Source of the DNA: Eubacteriales bacterium
Lineage (GTDB): Bacteria; Bacillota; Clostridia; Oscillospirales; CAG-272
Assembly: GCA_045543955.1 (NCBI GenBank)
Contig: JAZPYB010000009.1
Coordinates: 1,420-65,419 of the forward strand
Length of the DNA stretch: 64,000 bases
Direction of reading: 5' to 3'
Each line of letters begins with the position of its first letter. The stretch's first letter is position 1. Under the pieces are notes generated by a model that saw only the letters and a program-made list of their open reading frames with translations, did not search any database and was not told where the DNA came from. Shown here in pieces: positions 37,759-48,019 of this stretch. The position numbers were made by a program, and so were the translations under genes.

Positions 37759-37787
37759 TTGACAGACGGGACAAACATTGCTATAAT
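37759..37787 (+). promoter_or_regulatory. sigma-A type promoter of hisS-aspS
   Basis: TTGACA, 17 nt, TGC-TATAAT. Confidence 0.6.
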
Positions 37788-37842
37788 ATATTAATAACTT
37801 TAATATATCTTATGCAGATTTATATAGACTGTGAGGTTAATA

Positions 37843-39105
37843 ATGGCTAATAAAATTCAAAAGCCAAGAGGCACAATGGATATTTTTCCAAAGGATGCAC
37901 TCATTTGGCAGAAAATAGAAAGCAAGGCAAGAGAGACAGCAGCTCTTTACGGCTTTGGCGAGGTAAGAACTCCTACATTTGAGGAGCAGGCGCTATTTAA
38001 AAGAGGCGTTGGCGAGGTAACAGACGTTGTACAAAAGGAAATGTACACCTTTGAAGATAGAGAAGGAAGAGTTTTTGCACTCCGTCCAGAGGGAACTGCT
38101 TCCGTTGTTCGTTCAATTATTGAAAACGGAAAAACCTCAGATGCTATGCCACTTCGTTATTACTATTTAATAAATTGCTTCCGTTATGAAAAGCCACAAG
38201 CAGGACGTAGCCGTGAGTTCTTCCAATTCGGCACTGAAATGTTCGGCACTCAAGATGCTAGTGCGGACGCAACAGTAATAGCTCTTGCAAATACCCTTAT
38301 TAACTCCTTGGAAATCAAGGGCGTTTCGTTGCACATAAACTCAATAGGCTGTCCAAATTGCAGACCGAAATATAGAGAAGCATTGGTTGAATATTTCAAA
38401 TCACACGAGAGTGAGCTTTGTCCAACCTGTCAAGAAAGACTAAAGACCAACCCACTTCGCGTGCTTGACTGCAAGAGCCCAATCTGTTCAGAGCTTGCTA
38501 AAGGCGCACCAAAAACAATAGACCACCTTTGCAGCGAGTGCCACGAGCACTTTGAGGACTTGAAGGGCTATTTGGAGGCGCAAGGTATTAAATATACAGT
38601 TGACCCTAAAATTGTAAGAGGACTTGATTACTACACAAAAACAGTATTTGAGTTTATCTGTGATAACATCGGCGCGCAAAGTACAATTTGTGGCGGCGGT
38701 AGATATGACGGACTTATGGAGCAGCTGGGTGGCCCATCACTTCCTGGCATTGGCTTTGGTATGGGACTTACCCGTCTTATCTTGGCTATGGAAGCATCAG
38801 GCGCATCTAACCCCGAGGAAAATACCCCTGTTCTTTATATCGCACCAATGGGTAAGGACGCAAGAAAGAAAGCACTTTCAATAGTTTCCAACCTGAGAAA
38901 TAGTGGCGTGTATGCCGAGTGTGATATTAGTGCAAGAAGCTTAAAGGCACAAATGAAATACGCTGACAAAATCGGTGCAAAATATACATTGATTTTAGGC
39001 GACTCTGAGCTTGAAACTGGAAAAGCACAGCTAAAGAATATGGCAGAAAGCTCACAAGAAGAAATTGAAATAGACAATATTTGCCAAATAATTTTGAGCA
39101 AATAG
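37843..39105 (+). CDS. hisS: histidine--tRNA ligase
   Basis: Trimmed to MANKIQKPRGTMD. Class II motifs and anticodon-binding C-terminus. Confidence 0.95.
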   Translation: MANKIQKPRGTMDIFPKDALIWQKIESKARETAALYGFGEVRTPTFEEQALFKRGVGEVTDVVQKEMYTFEDREGRVFALRPEGTASVVRSIIENGKTSDAMPLRYYYLINCFRYEKPQAGRSREFFQFGTEMFGTQDASADATVIALANTLINSLEIKGVSLHINSIGCPNCRPKYREALVEYFKSHESELCPTCQERLKTNPLRVLDCKSPICSELAKGAPKTIDHLCSECHEHFEDLKGYLEAQGIKYTVDPKIVRGLDYYTKTVFEFICDNIGAQSTICGGGRYDGLMEQLGGPSLPGIGFGMGLTRLILAMEASGASNPEENTPVLYIAPMGKDARKKALSIVSNLRNSGVYAECDISARSLKAQMKYADKIGAKYTLILGDSELETGKAQLKNMAESSQEEIEIDNICQIILSK

Positions 39106-39115
39106 TGGAGGAAAT

Positions 39116-40897
39116 ATGGACATTTTTGAAAAGAATGATAAGCGTACACATTATTGTGGCACACTTTCAATGGAAAATATCGGACAAAGGGTAACAGTTC
39201 TTGGTTGGGCGCAAAAGCAAAGAGACTTAGGCTCTCTTATCTTTATCGACCTACGCGACCGTACTGGTATTGTTCAGCTCGCATTTGACGAGAACACAGA
39301 AAAGGAAATTTTTGATAAGGCTTTCGTTGTAAGAGCAGAGTTTGTTCTTATGGCAAAGGGCGTTGTTAGAGAAAGAGCGACAAAAAATAAGAATATTCCA
39401 ACAGGAGACATTGAGGTTGTTGTTGACGAGTTTAAGATATTAAACAAAGCACAAACTCCACCATTTGAAATTACAGACGGTGGCGACGTTAAGCCAGAGC
39501 TTCGTATGAAGCACAGATATTTAGACCTTCGCCGTCCTGAAATGCAAAATAACATCATCGCTCGTTCAAAAATTACAAATCTTACAAGAAACTACTTTAA
39601 TGAAAATGGATTTATTGATGTAGAAACACCAAACCTAATTAGACCTACTCCAGAGGGTGCGCGCGACTATTTAGTCCCTAGCCGTGTACATAAGGGTAAC
39701 TTCTACGCACTTCCACAATCTCCACAAATTTACAAGCAACTGCTTATGTATTCGGGCTTTGACCGTTACATTCAAATTGCTCGTTGCTTCCGTGACGAGG
39801 ACTTGCGTGCTGACCGTCAGCCAGAGTTTACACAAATAGATATGGAAATTTCCTTTACTGATGAAGAGGAAATTATGACAATCAACGAGGGCTTCCTTGC
39901 ATACATTTTCAAAAACTTTATGGGCAAGGAGCTAAAAACCCCATTTCTTCGTATGACTTGGCACGAGGCTATGGAAAGATACGGCTCGGATAAGCCTGAC
40001 CTTCGCTTCGGCTTTGAGCTTACAAACATTTCCGATATCGTTGAAAATAGCGAGTTTAAGGTGTTTAGTGGCGCAGTTGCCAATGGTGGCTCGGTAAGAG
40101 CAATCAATGTTAAGGGTGGCGCTAAGTTCTCAAGAAAGGAAATCGACCAGCTAACAGAGAAGGCAAAGCACTACCACGCAAAGGGTCTTGCTTGGCTAAA
40201 GAACGCAAATGGCGAAATTTCTTCATCATATGCTAAATTCTTAACAGAAGCAGAAAATAACGCAATCATTGAACGTCTTGGCGTTGAAAATGGCGACCTT
40301 GTGCTTGTTGTAGCGGATAAAAACAAGGTTGTTTTCGACACTCTCGGTGCTCTCCGTTGTGAGTGTGCAAAGCGCCTAGGTCTATGTGACCCATTTGACT
40401 TCAAGTTCCTCTGGGTTACTGAATTCCCACTCTTTGAGTACAGCGAGGAGGACGGACGTTTCTATGCTATGCACCATCCATTTACTCAGCCTATGGTTGA
40501 GGACTATCAGTATATTGATAGCGATCCGGGCAGAGTAAGAGCAAGAGCATACGATATCGTTCTTAACGGTACTGAGCTTGGTGGTGGTTCAATTAGAATC
40601 AACACAACAGAAATGCAAGAGCATATGTTCTCAGTTCTTGGTATTTCAAAAGAGGATGCAAACGAGAAGTTTGGCTTCTTGCTAGATGCTTTCAAATATG
40701 GTGTTCCACCTCATGGTGGACTTGCTTTTGGTCTTGACCGTTTGGTTACACTGCTACTTGGTCTTGAGGACATCCGTGATGTTATTGCTTTCCCAAAGGC
40801 ACAAAACGCATCAGAAATTATGTCCAAGTGCCCATCATTTGCAAATCCAGACGATCTAAAGGAGCTTGGTATTGCAATAATAGCCGAGGAAGAATAA
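39116..40897 (+). CDS. aspS: aspartate--tRNA ligase
   Basis: 593 aa. OB-fold N-terminus, FRDEDLRADRQPEFTQ motif 2, GGGSIR motif 3. Confidence 0.95.
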   Translation: MDIFEKNDKRTHYCGTLSMENIGQRVTVLGWAQKQRDLGSLIFIDLRDRTGIVQLAFDENTEKEIFDKAFVVRAEFVLMAKGVVRERATKNKNIPTGDIEVVVDEFKILNKAQTPPFEITDGGDVKPELRMKHRYLDLRRPEMQNNIIARSKITNLTRNYFNENGFIDVETPNLIRPTPEGARDYLVPSRVHKGNFYALPQSPQIYKQLLMYSGFDRYIQIARCFRDEDLRADRQPEFTQIDMEISFTDEEEIMTINEGFLAYIFKNFMGKELKTPFLRMTWHEAMERYGSDKPDLRFGFELTNISDIVENSEFKVFSGAVANGGSVRAINVKGGAKFSRKEIDQLTEKAKHYHAKGLAWLKNANGEISSSYAKFLTEAENNAIIERLGVENGDLVLVVADKNKVVFDTLGALRCECAKRLGLCDPFDFKFLWVTEFPLFEYSEEDGRFYAMHHPFTQPMVEDYQYIDSDPGRVRARAYDIVLNGTELGGGSIRINTTEMQEHMFSVLGISKEDANEKFGFLLDAFKYGVPPHGGLAFGLDRLVTLLLGLEDIRDVIAFPKAQNASEIMSKCPSFANPDDLKELGIAIIAEEE

Positions 40898-40910
40898 ATA
40901 TAAAAGGAGT

Positions 40911-40935
40911 ATGCCGTCTGCAAAACAGACGGCAT
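40911..40935 (+). terminator. strong hairpin after aspS (weak U-tract)
   Basis: ATGCCGTCTG-CAAAA-CAGACGGCAT. Only ATTTA follows, so termination efficiency is uncertain. Confidence 0.4.
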
Positions 40936-40943
40936 ATTTAGAT

Positions 40944-41198
40944 ATGAATTATACATATATATTAGAATGTAGCGATGGCACACTTTACTGTGGCTGGACA
41001 AATAATTTAGAGGAGCGCTTAAAGACTCACAACGAGGGCAAGGGGGCAAAATACACTCGCTCACGTTTGCCAGTAAAGCTTGTTTATTACGAGGAATTTG
41101 AAACCTCAATTGATGCGCAAAAGCGTGAATACAGAATAAAAAGGCTTTCTCGTGTGGAAAAACTAAATTTAATAAAAGGGTTGAATAACGTAAAATAA
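40944..41198 (+). CDS. GIY-YIG nuclease family protein (UPF0213-like)
   Basis: Trimmed to MNYTYILECSDGTLYCGWTNNLEERLKTHN, the GIY-YIG signature. Confidence 0.8.
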   Translation: MNYTYILECSDGTLYCGWTNNLEERLKTHNEGKGAKYTRSRLPVKLVYYEEFETSIDAQKREYRIKRLSRVEKLNLIKGLNNVK

Positions 41199-41235
41199 TG
41201 TGATATAATGTAGAAAAATTAAGGAGGGTACTAAA

Positions 41236-41931
41236 ATGGAATTATTCAAAATCAATTATTTTGATCGTGCAATGAGCATTTTTAAGGAAGCTTTCAGCTT
41301 CAAGAAATACAAGCTTATGGCAATGCCTTTTGCTATTATCACAGCGATAGTATTTTTGCCATTCCAAATTATCAGCTTGGCTCTTGGCGCAATTATGCTT
41401 CTAGCTTCATTATTCCTAAGAATTAATTTCACATTAACAACCGGTTGGCATAAGATTGTTACCGCTGAGGGACAAATTGTTAAGCACGCAGGACAAGTAG
41501 TAATTTATTTCTTCTCTTGGCCATTCGTTCTTTTCTCATATGTTCTTTCAGGAATTTTCCTATGCTTAATCGCTGTATGCTATGTAATCTTTGGTTGCAT
41601 CTCATATCTATGGTCACTTGGTGGAATTAAGTTCAAGGCATTCATTGGAGATAGCGAGGATTGCACAGTAAACGCAAAGGGTAGATATCCAGTTGCAATC
41701 CCAACGGTGTTTACAATAATCACAGGTGTGCTTTTGGTTGTTGCACCTTTGATTGCCGCAGTTGTAATTGTTATCGACTTGACAGCAAACAATTTAATGG
41801 ATTTCTTTATCTATGATTTTGGAACTGCAATGGCTGTTTGCGCGGGAATAGAGCTTGTATTTGCTCCACTATATTCATTCTTTGCATATGCAAGATATCC
41901 AAAGCAAGAAAACGAGCAAATTGAGGAATAA
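41236..41931 (+). CDS. hypothetical polytopic membrane protein
   Basis: AAGGAGGG RBS. At least 5 hydrophobic segments. No family recognised. Confidence 0.6.
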   Translation: MELFKINYFDRAMSIFKEAFSFKKYKLMAMPFAIITAIVFLPFQIISLALGAIMLLASLFLRINFTLTTGWHKIVTAEGQIVKHAGQVVIYFFSWPFVLFSYVLSGIFLCLIAVCYVIFGCISYLWSLGGIKFKAFIGDSEDCTVNAKGRYPVAIPTVFTIITGVLLVVAPLIAAVVIVIDLTANNLMDFFIYDFGTAMAVCAGIELVFAPLYSFFAYARYPKQENEQIEE

Positions 41932-41944
41932 TTAAAGAAAAACA

Positions 41945-41973
41945 AAAACGGACACCTCTGTGTCCGTTTTTTC
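41945..41973. terminator. bidirectional intrinsic terminator
   Basis: ACGGACAC-CTCT-GTGTCCGT with A and T flanks. Confidence 0.75.
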
Positions 41974-41986
41974 TGTTTAACAAAGA

Positions 41987-43750
41987 TTAATCAGCTGAAT
42001 AAAGCTTGTATAAATCGGCGTATATGCCATCTTTTTTAATTAGCTCTGCGTGAGAGCCGCTTTCCTCAATTCCGTTCTCGGTCAAGACTAAAATCCTGTC
42101 AGCGCCCTTAATAGTTGTTAAGCGATGGGCAATAGTAAAGGTTGTCCTACCCTTAGCAAGTGCCTCAAGTGACTTTTGAACAATTCTTTCACTTTCATTG
42201 TCGAGCGCACTGGTCGCTTCGTCAAGAATAAGAATGGGTGGATTTTTAAGAAATACACGTGCAATAGAAATGCGTTGCTTTTGTCCGCCGGAGAGCTTAA
42301 CACCACGCTCACCAACGTATGTATTATAGCCATCGGGCAGAGAGGTAATAAACTCGTGAGCACCAGCCAATTTAGCCGCCTCGATAATTTCCTCGTCTGT
42401 TGCATTTCTCTTGCCATAAGCAATATTTTCTCTTACACTGCCGGAGAAAAGATAAACATCCTGTGCAACAACGCCAATGCTTTCTCTTAAAGAGTTCAAT
42501 GTAACATCCTTTATGTTAATGCCGTCAATTCGTATTTCGCCCGATGTGATTTCATAAAAGCGAGGAATTAATGAGCAAAGTGTTGTTTTTCCACCACCGC
42601 TAGGACCGACTAAGGCTATGCTTTCGCCTGCTTTAACGTTCAAGGAAAGGTCGGTTAAAACCTCGTTTCCTTCGCTTGTGTATTTGAAGGTGACATTTTC
42701 AAAATCGACACGTCCCTCGACGTTTTCTAAAATTTTTGCTGTTTTTGAGTCCTTTATCTCTGGTTCAATGTCCATAATTTCGGTAAAGCGTTCAATTCCT
42801 GTAATTCCACGCTGGAACTGCTCGGAAAACTCGACAATTCTACGCACAGATGTAAGAAGTGTAGAAACAAACAATAGATAAGCAGCATAGTCGCCAACTG
42901 TGATTTTGCCATTTGCAAGGAAGATGCCACCGGCAACTACAACCAAAATGTACATAACACCATCAAAGAGTCTGGTTGTCGACTGGAAGCCGCCCATTAC
43001 ATAGTAAGCCATTTTCTTTATGCTTAAAAATTTATGGTTGCTCTTGTCAAACTTTTCTTGCTCAACATCCTCGTTAGCAAAGGATTTTACAACCCTTATA
43101 CCCAAAAGGCTGTCCTCAATTTGTGAGTTGATAAGGCCTGTTTGCTCACGAGATTCCTTGAAGGCTCTTTTCATTCTTTTTCTGAAGAACATAAGAGATA
43201 GAATTATCAAAGGAATTGATGCAAAAATTATTAATGTTAGTGGAACATTAATTGTGCAAAGAATAATAAATGCACAAATAATTTTGATGCTTGAAATGAA
43301 GTATTCCTCAGGGCAGTGGTGCGCAAACTCGGTAACATCAAAAAGGTCTGAGGTTATACGAGACATTAAAGTTCCTATTTTTGTGTTGTCGTAATAGGAG
43401 AACGAAAGCTTATTAAGATGAGAAAACAAGTCGTGACGCATATCGGTTTCGATTTTTGTTCCCATAATATGACCGACTGACGCCATATAAAAGTTAGCTG
43501 CGGTATCAATAACTCTTAAAACTATGTATAAAAGACCGCACCCTAAAATAAGCTTTATAAAATCCTCTTTGATAAAGCTAGGACCGAAGTTTTCGTCAGC
43601 GTAAGAGGTTATTTCTCTTACAATCATCGGTAAAACTAATTCGCAAACAGTGGTAAGAGAAGCGCAGAGTAAATCTAAAAATAAAATCCACTTATATTTT
43701 TTATAATAGGGCAAAAATCTTTTTAAAAGCCCAACCTTGCTTTTTTTCAT
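41987..43750 (-). CDS. ABC transporter ATP-binding/permease protein (MsbA/MdlB-type exporter)
   Basis: Trimmed to MKKSKVGLLKRF. Six-TM domain plus Walker A GPSGGGKTT and signature LSGGQKQR. Confidence 0.9.
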   Translation of the reverse strand: MKKSKVGLLKRFLPYYKKYKWILFLDLLCASLTTVCELVLPMIVREITSYADENFGPSFIKEDFIKLILGCGLLYIVLRVIDTAANFYMASVGHIMGTKIETDMRHDLFSHLNKLSFSYYDNTKIGTLMSRITSDLFDVTEFAHHCPEEYFISSIKIICAFIILCTINVPLTLIIFASIPLIILSLMFFRKRMKRAFKESREQTGLINSQIEDSLLGIRVVKSFANEDVEQEKFDKSNHKFLSIKKMAYYVMGGFQSTTRLFDGVMYILVVVAGGIFLANGKITVGDYAAYLLFVSTLLTSVRRIVEFSEQFQRGITGIERFTEIMDIEPEIKDSKTAKILENVEGRVDFENVTFKYTSEGNEVLTDLSLNVKAGESIALVGPSGGGKTTLCSLIPRFYEITSGEIRIDGINIKDVTLNSLRESIGVVAQDVYLFSGSVRENIAYGKRNATDEEIIEAAKLAGAHEFITSLPDGYNTYVGERGVKLSGGQKQRISIARVFLKNPPILILDEATSALDNESERIVQKSLEALAKGRTTFTIAHRLTTIKGADRILVLTENGIEESGSHAELIKKDGIYADLYKLYSAD

Positions 43751-43803
43751 ATAATCTCCTTTAAAAATTTCAGGGATTTTGCACAAGGCAAAATCCCATA
43801 ATA

Positions 43804-44670
43804 TCAAAAGTCCTTTTTGTTGTCATAAGCAATATGAGGAATTGGCACATCTATTGTAACGGTGTTGATATCATCAATATCGTTGTCATAATAATTTGCT
43901 CTTTTCTTCTTAGTGCTAATGATTTTTTCATTGTAGTGGCTGTCAAGACCCAAGGAGCTGTCGCCGTTTCCGGACTCAAAGTCAATTATCTTATAAATTT
44001 TAGGGATGATTCTGCCGCCAACTATGAATTGCTCAACCTTTAATTTGTCGAACATTCCGTATTGAACAGGAACGGTATATTGAGCATTTAATTTCTTAGA
44101 AAACCTTGCAGCGTCTATAATGTTCATTGAACCGAACGAGCCGCTAATTGGAATAAAAGCAGCATATAAATCATCTGGTAATTCAGCTAAAAGCTCTTCA
44201 CTGTAAAGAGTGTTTGATGCAACATAATATTTCTTTCCGTCGTCATTGTCAGTAATTATAACACCAAAGGCACTTCTGTCGTCGGTCTTTGCGCCAACAG
44301 CAGTAATAGTCATATCTCCCAAGGACCACTCAAGCCCCTTCTCAAACATAATGTTGTTAGCCTTCTTTAGCTTCCACGACTCGGATGCAATCTTAAAAGC
44401 AGACTCACATGCTAAAAGAGTGGGCACATAGCTACCGCTACGCCTTCTTTCAAACTTTCTAATAGTTTTAAAGTCAGTGCGGTCAGGGTGAGAGCTTGTC
44501 AAAATAATAACATCAGGTCTTATTGTGAAAAGCTTGCTCTTGATACCTTTTTTTCTCTTTAAAAGCTTATTGGTATTTTTTAATGAGTCGGAAAGATAAG
44601 GGTCAATAAGTATTTTGTTTTTACCGGAAACGAAAAGTAAGCCGCCATGGCCTATCCACATAACCTTCAT
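43804..44670 (-). CDS. MBL-fold metallo-hydrolase-like protein
   Basis: MKVMWIGHGGLLF...ILIDPYLSD N-terminus is typical of the UlaG/UPF0173-like MBL fold. An extra ~60-aa tail. Confidence 0.55.
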   Translation of the reverse strand: MKVMWIGHGGLLFVSGKNKILIDPYLSDSLKNTNKLLKRKKGIKSKLFTIRPDVIILTSSHPDRTDFKTIRKFERRRSGSYVPTLLACESAFKIASESWKLKKANNIMFEKGLEWSLGDMTITAVGAKTDDRSAFGVIITDNDDGKKYYVASNTLYSEELLAELPDDLYAAFIPISGSFGSMNIIDAARFSKKLNAQYTVPVQYGMFDKLKVEQFIVGGRIIPKIYKIIDFESGNGDSSLGLDSHYNEKIISTKKKRANYYDNDIDDINTVTIDVPIPHIAYDNKKDF

Positions 44671-44751
44671 TTTAATACCTCGATAAAAAATCTATAACAT
44701 ATATATAATATCACAAAAATTTCATTTTGTGTTAAAAAAGTTATATTTTAC

Positions 44752-44780
44752 TTGGAATTTTGTAAAAAATATTGTATAAT
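44752..44780 (+). promoter_or_regulatory. sigma-A type promoter of ribF
   Basis: TTGGAA, 17 nt, TTG-TATAAT. Confidence 0.55.
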
Positions 44781-44821
44781 TAATAAGACAAAAGCGAAAA
44801 AAAGCAAAAAGGAGGGCTAAA

Positions 44822-45727
44822 ATGGAAATTTTTGACCTAAAAACTATGGCAAAAACAGAAATAACTGAAAAAACGATAGTAGCCCTCGGCACGTTTGACG
44901 GGTGCCATTACGCTCATCAAAGAGTGCTCTCAAATGCTTTTTATGAGGCAAAAAGGCTCGGCGTGAAATCGGTTGTCTATACCTTTAGGCAAATCCCGAG
45001 GTCATCAAAGGGCATCTTCACTCTGGAAGAGAAAATAAAGGCCTTCGCACGTGCTGGTCTTGATTATGTCGCTATTGACGATTTTGACAGAGTTAAAAAC
45101 ATTAGCCCGTATGAGTTCTTTGATAAGGTGCTTATAAGCACGTTGAATGCAGTTGGTGCTTCTTGTGGCTATGACTATAGATTTGGCAAGGGCAGAGAGG
45201 CTGGCCCAACTACCTTAACCACCTATTTTAAGGATTTTTGTGGGGGAAGTGTACAGGTTTGCGAAAAAATCTCCATCGGAGACTATACTGTTAGCTCCAC
45301 ACTTTTGCGCTCGTTTTTGGAAAATGGTGAGGTTGAAAGACTACATTCATTTGGAACTAACTTCAGTATTTATTCTAAGGTAATAACCGGCAAAAGGTTA
45401 GGTAGGGAGCTTGGCTTTCCAACAATCAATCAAATGCTACCAAAGGGCAAGGTTGTTCCCAAAAAAGGCGTTTATATTACCGAGTGCGAAATTGGCGAGG
45501 ATGTTTATCCGGCCATAACCAATATTGGCGTGCGTCCCAGTGTGGAAGATACAAGCGAGATTAATATTGAAACCCATATAATTGGGTATGATGGCATTTT
45601 GTATCATTCATATGTAAGAGTCAATTTTTACAAATTCTTGCGTGAGGAAATAAAGTTTTCTTCGGTTGAAGAGCTTAAATCACAAATTGCCAAGGACACT
45701 CAAAAGGCAAAAGAATACTTCAAATAA
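44822..45727 (+). CDS. ribF: bifunctional riboflavin kinase/FAD synthetase
   Basis: GTFDGCHYAHQ N-terminal nucleotidyltransferase motif and PTINQ/RiboK C-terminal domain. Confidence 0.9.
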   Translation: MEIFDLKTMAKTEITEKTIVALGTFDGCHYAHQRVLSNAFYEAKRLGVKSVVYTFRQIPRSSKGIFTLEEKIKAFARAGLDYVAIDDFDRVKNISPYEFFDKVLISTLNAVGASCGYDYRFGKGREAGPTTLTTYFKDFCGGSVQVCEKISIGDYTVSSTLLRSFLENGEVERLHSFGTNFSIYSKVITGKRLGRELGFPTINQMLPKGKVVPKKGVYITECEIGEDVYPAITNIGVRPSVEDTSEINIETHIIGYDGILYHSYVRVNFYKFLREEIKFSSVEELKSQIAKDTQKAKEYFK

Positions 45728-45729
45728 AA

Positions 45730-45800
45730 AAGGTCGTTGTAAAAGTCCGGCAAAGGACTTCTTAGCGCCCCAACGGGGTCGGCGCTATTACAATGACCTT
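45730..45800 (+). other. 71-nt GC-rich three-way-junction palindromic element
   Basis: Outer 13-bp stem AAGGTCGTTGTAA/TTACAATGACCTT (one G-T pair) encloses AGTCC-GGCAAA-GGACT and GCGCC-CCAACGGGGTC-GGCGC. Confidence 0.5.
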
Positions 45801-45861
45801 ATTTATATTATATGCGCGTGCTCGTAAATTATACAATTAATGAAAAATTTACAAAAAAGCC

Positions 45862-45890
45862 TTGCTTTTATGTCTATAATATGGTAAAAT
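45862..45890 (+). promoter_or_regulatory. sigma-A type promoter of the discoidin-domain protein gene
   Basis: TTGCTT, 17 nt, TGG-TAAAAT. Confidence 0.5.
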
Positions 45891-45929
45891 ACACAATAGA
45901 TAATAATTTATTTAGTACAAGGAGTACAT

Positions 45930-47975
45930 ATGAAAAAGAAAATTTTAGCTGTAATTCTATGCGTGCTTATGATTCTTCCTTGCTTTACTTGGATGGTTTC
46001 AGCAGTTGATGAGGCTGGTCCAAACGGAGAAGTAATCAAGAATATAGCACCAAATGGTAAGACTTACCAATCCAGTAACTGGAACCAAGACAGCTCTGCA
46101 AGATTCCTTAACAATGGCGTTTTGCATCACTCATGGCAGTTCTGGCGTCCTAACTCAATATATCGTCCAGATTCTGTCGGTGTTACTGAGGGCTTCCAGC
46201 ATGTTGGTATGAAGTTTAATAACTATTATTCTGTAAATGAAATTACAATTTATGGAATGAAGTATCCTGATAATAATGGTGCATACTGTGGTAAGTGCGA
46301 TAAAATCATTACTGATAATGATTATGAAACTACATACAAAACAGTTAGCGGAAAAGAAGTTGTTGATAAAAGATTGTGTAAGACCTGTGGTACTAACGTT
46401 TTAGACCTTCAAATGACTGTAAGAAATGGTCATAGCATTCAAAACAACATCAAATACACAGTTAAAATTCTTGTTCAAGGTCAATGGATTGAGGCTGGAC
46501 ATGGCTACAACAATGATATGACCTATTGCGTAGACAAAGATTACCAAGTAATTGGTGGAGACATGGGCGCTCTTACAATCAAGCTTGATAAGGTTCTACC
46601 TCAATACGACGCAAAGGGAAATGTTATTGTTGACGAAAACGGCGACCCAGTACTCACTAACTACGCAACAACAAAAAATATTATGATTGAATGTTCAGAA
46701 TATGGTGGTGCTCCTTATAACAAGGACCCAAATGCTACACAACACGAGTGGTGGCTAGTACCAATTCTTTACGAGGTTCAATGTTGGGGCTTCTTAACAG
46801 TAAACAAGCCTAAGTTTGACGTTCCAGAGGGCGCAGAGGTTGTTTCTGATGCTGCACTTGGTGGTATGGCAGGTGCGACAAGCTCAGCATTTCTTCAATA
46901 CCCACTTCTTGGTAATGACCGTAATGCTGCAACTCAATGGAGAGCTAGCGATTATGAAAATCAAGAATATTGGGTAGATTTTGACAAAGAATATGAAATA
47001 AAAGACGTTAAGTTTGACTTTGGTAGTAACCCAGAGGGTTATGTCGGCGCTGAATATGTATATGATGTGTCCGTCAAGAAAAATGGCGAATGGATAAAGC
47101 TTTACGAGGGGCAAAAGGCAACAGCAGTAGCCGAGCTCTTGACCGAGGATAAGCTTGCTAAATTCGATATAAATGATACAATTGAAGGCGTTAAGGTTAC
47201 ATTTACATCATCAACTCTTGATGGCGAGCCAGTACAGCCTTCCGTAACTGAGGTTAAAGCTCCTATTTCAAATGGAGAGCAATGCGTGTTCCTTTCAAAA
47301 TATCTTGACGCATTTAGAGCTTCATCATCTGCTCAAGGTAACTTAGCTTGCTATGGCGAGGCATATTGCTCATCATCATTTGACTATTCAAACGTTTCAG
47401 ATGTTAACTATATTATAGACGGTCAAATTTCAGACGATGCATTTTCTTGGTTTGCTGCTGATTTTATAAAGGGTACTTATTGTGGAGTTAAATTGAACAA
47501 AACTGAGGATGTTACAAAGGTTGTTCTTTTCTTCAACGACGCAATTGTAGGAAATGAGCCTGAAAAACATGTTATGTCCTTTGATGTTGAGGCTTTTGTA
47601 GATGGAAAATATGTAAAGGTTGCTGAAGGCACATCTTACGATTCTACTATGAAAGAATCAAAGGTTTCAATTGAGTTTGATGCTGTTTCAACAAACGATG
47701 TTCGTATAGTTTATAAGACTAACGGAATGGTGTTCCCATATCTTAAGGAAATGGAAATATATGCAGGCGAAAAGGTGTTTAGCGCATATGATGGCTACCT
47801 ACTTGACACATCAAGAGTACTTCACGGACGTTATCCAACTATGTCCTTTGGAGAAAGAACATCAACACCACGTGCACCTTATATGAACTTAATTTCTCCA
47901 ATTGCAAGAATTGTTGCTGTTGAACAAATCGCACTTGCTTTGCAATACGGAATAGATATTAATAGTATTATCTAA
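45930..47975 (+). CDS. secreted protein with three F5/8 type C (discoidin/CBM32-like) domains
   Basis: Signal peptide MKKKILAVILCVLMILPCFTWMVSA. Three segments have the discoidin-like pattern (e.g. ATQWRASDYENQEYWVDFDKEYEIKDVKFDF...VSVKKNGEWIKL). Confidence 0.65.
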   Translation: MKKKILAVILCVLMILPCFTWMVSAVDEAGPNGEVIKNIAPNGKTYQSSNWNQDSSARFLNNGVLHHSWQFWRPNSIYRPDSVGVTEGFQHVGMKFNNYYSVNEITIYGMKYPDNNGAYCGKCDKIITDNDYETTYKTVSGKEVVDKRLCKTCGTNVLDLQMTVRNGHSIQNNIKYTVKILVQGQWIEAGHGYNNDMTYCVDKDYQVIGGDMGALTIKLDKVLPQYDAKGNVIVDENGDPVLTNYATTKNIMIECSEYGGAPYNKDPNATQHEWWLVPILYEVQCWGFLTVNKPKFDVPEGAEVVSDAALGGMAGATSSAFLQYPLLGNDRNAATQWRASDYENQEYWVDFDKEYEIKDVKFDFGSNPEGYVGAEYVYDVSVKKNGEWIKLYEGQKATAVAELLTEDKLAKFDINDTIEGVKVTFTSSTLDGEPVQPSVTEVKAPISNGEQCVFLSKYLDAFRASSSAQGNLACYGEAYCSSSFDYSNVSDVNYIIDGQISDDAFSWFAADFIKGTYCGVKLNKTEDVTKVVLFFNDAIVGNEPEKHVMSFDVEAFVDGKYVKVAEGTSYDSTMKESKVSIEFDAVSTNDVRIVYKTNGMVFPYLKEMEIYAGEKVFSAYDGYLLDTSRVLHGRYPTMSFGERTSTPRAPYMNLISPIARIVAVEQIALALQYGIDINSII

Positions 47976-47984
47976 AACAGATAA

Positions 47985-48014
47985 AAGCCACCATTTCGGT
48001 GGCTTTTGTTTTTA
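47985..48014 (+). terminator. intrinsic terminator
   Basis: AGCCACC-ATTTC-GGTGGCT plus TTTTGTTTTT. Confidence 0.8.
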
Positions 48015-48019
48015 AAGAA

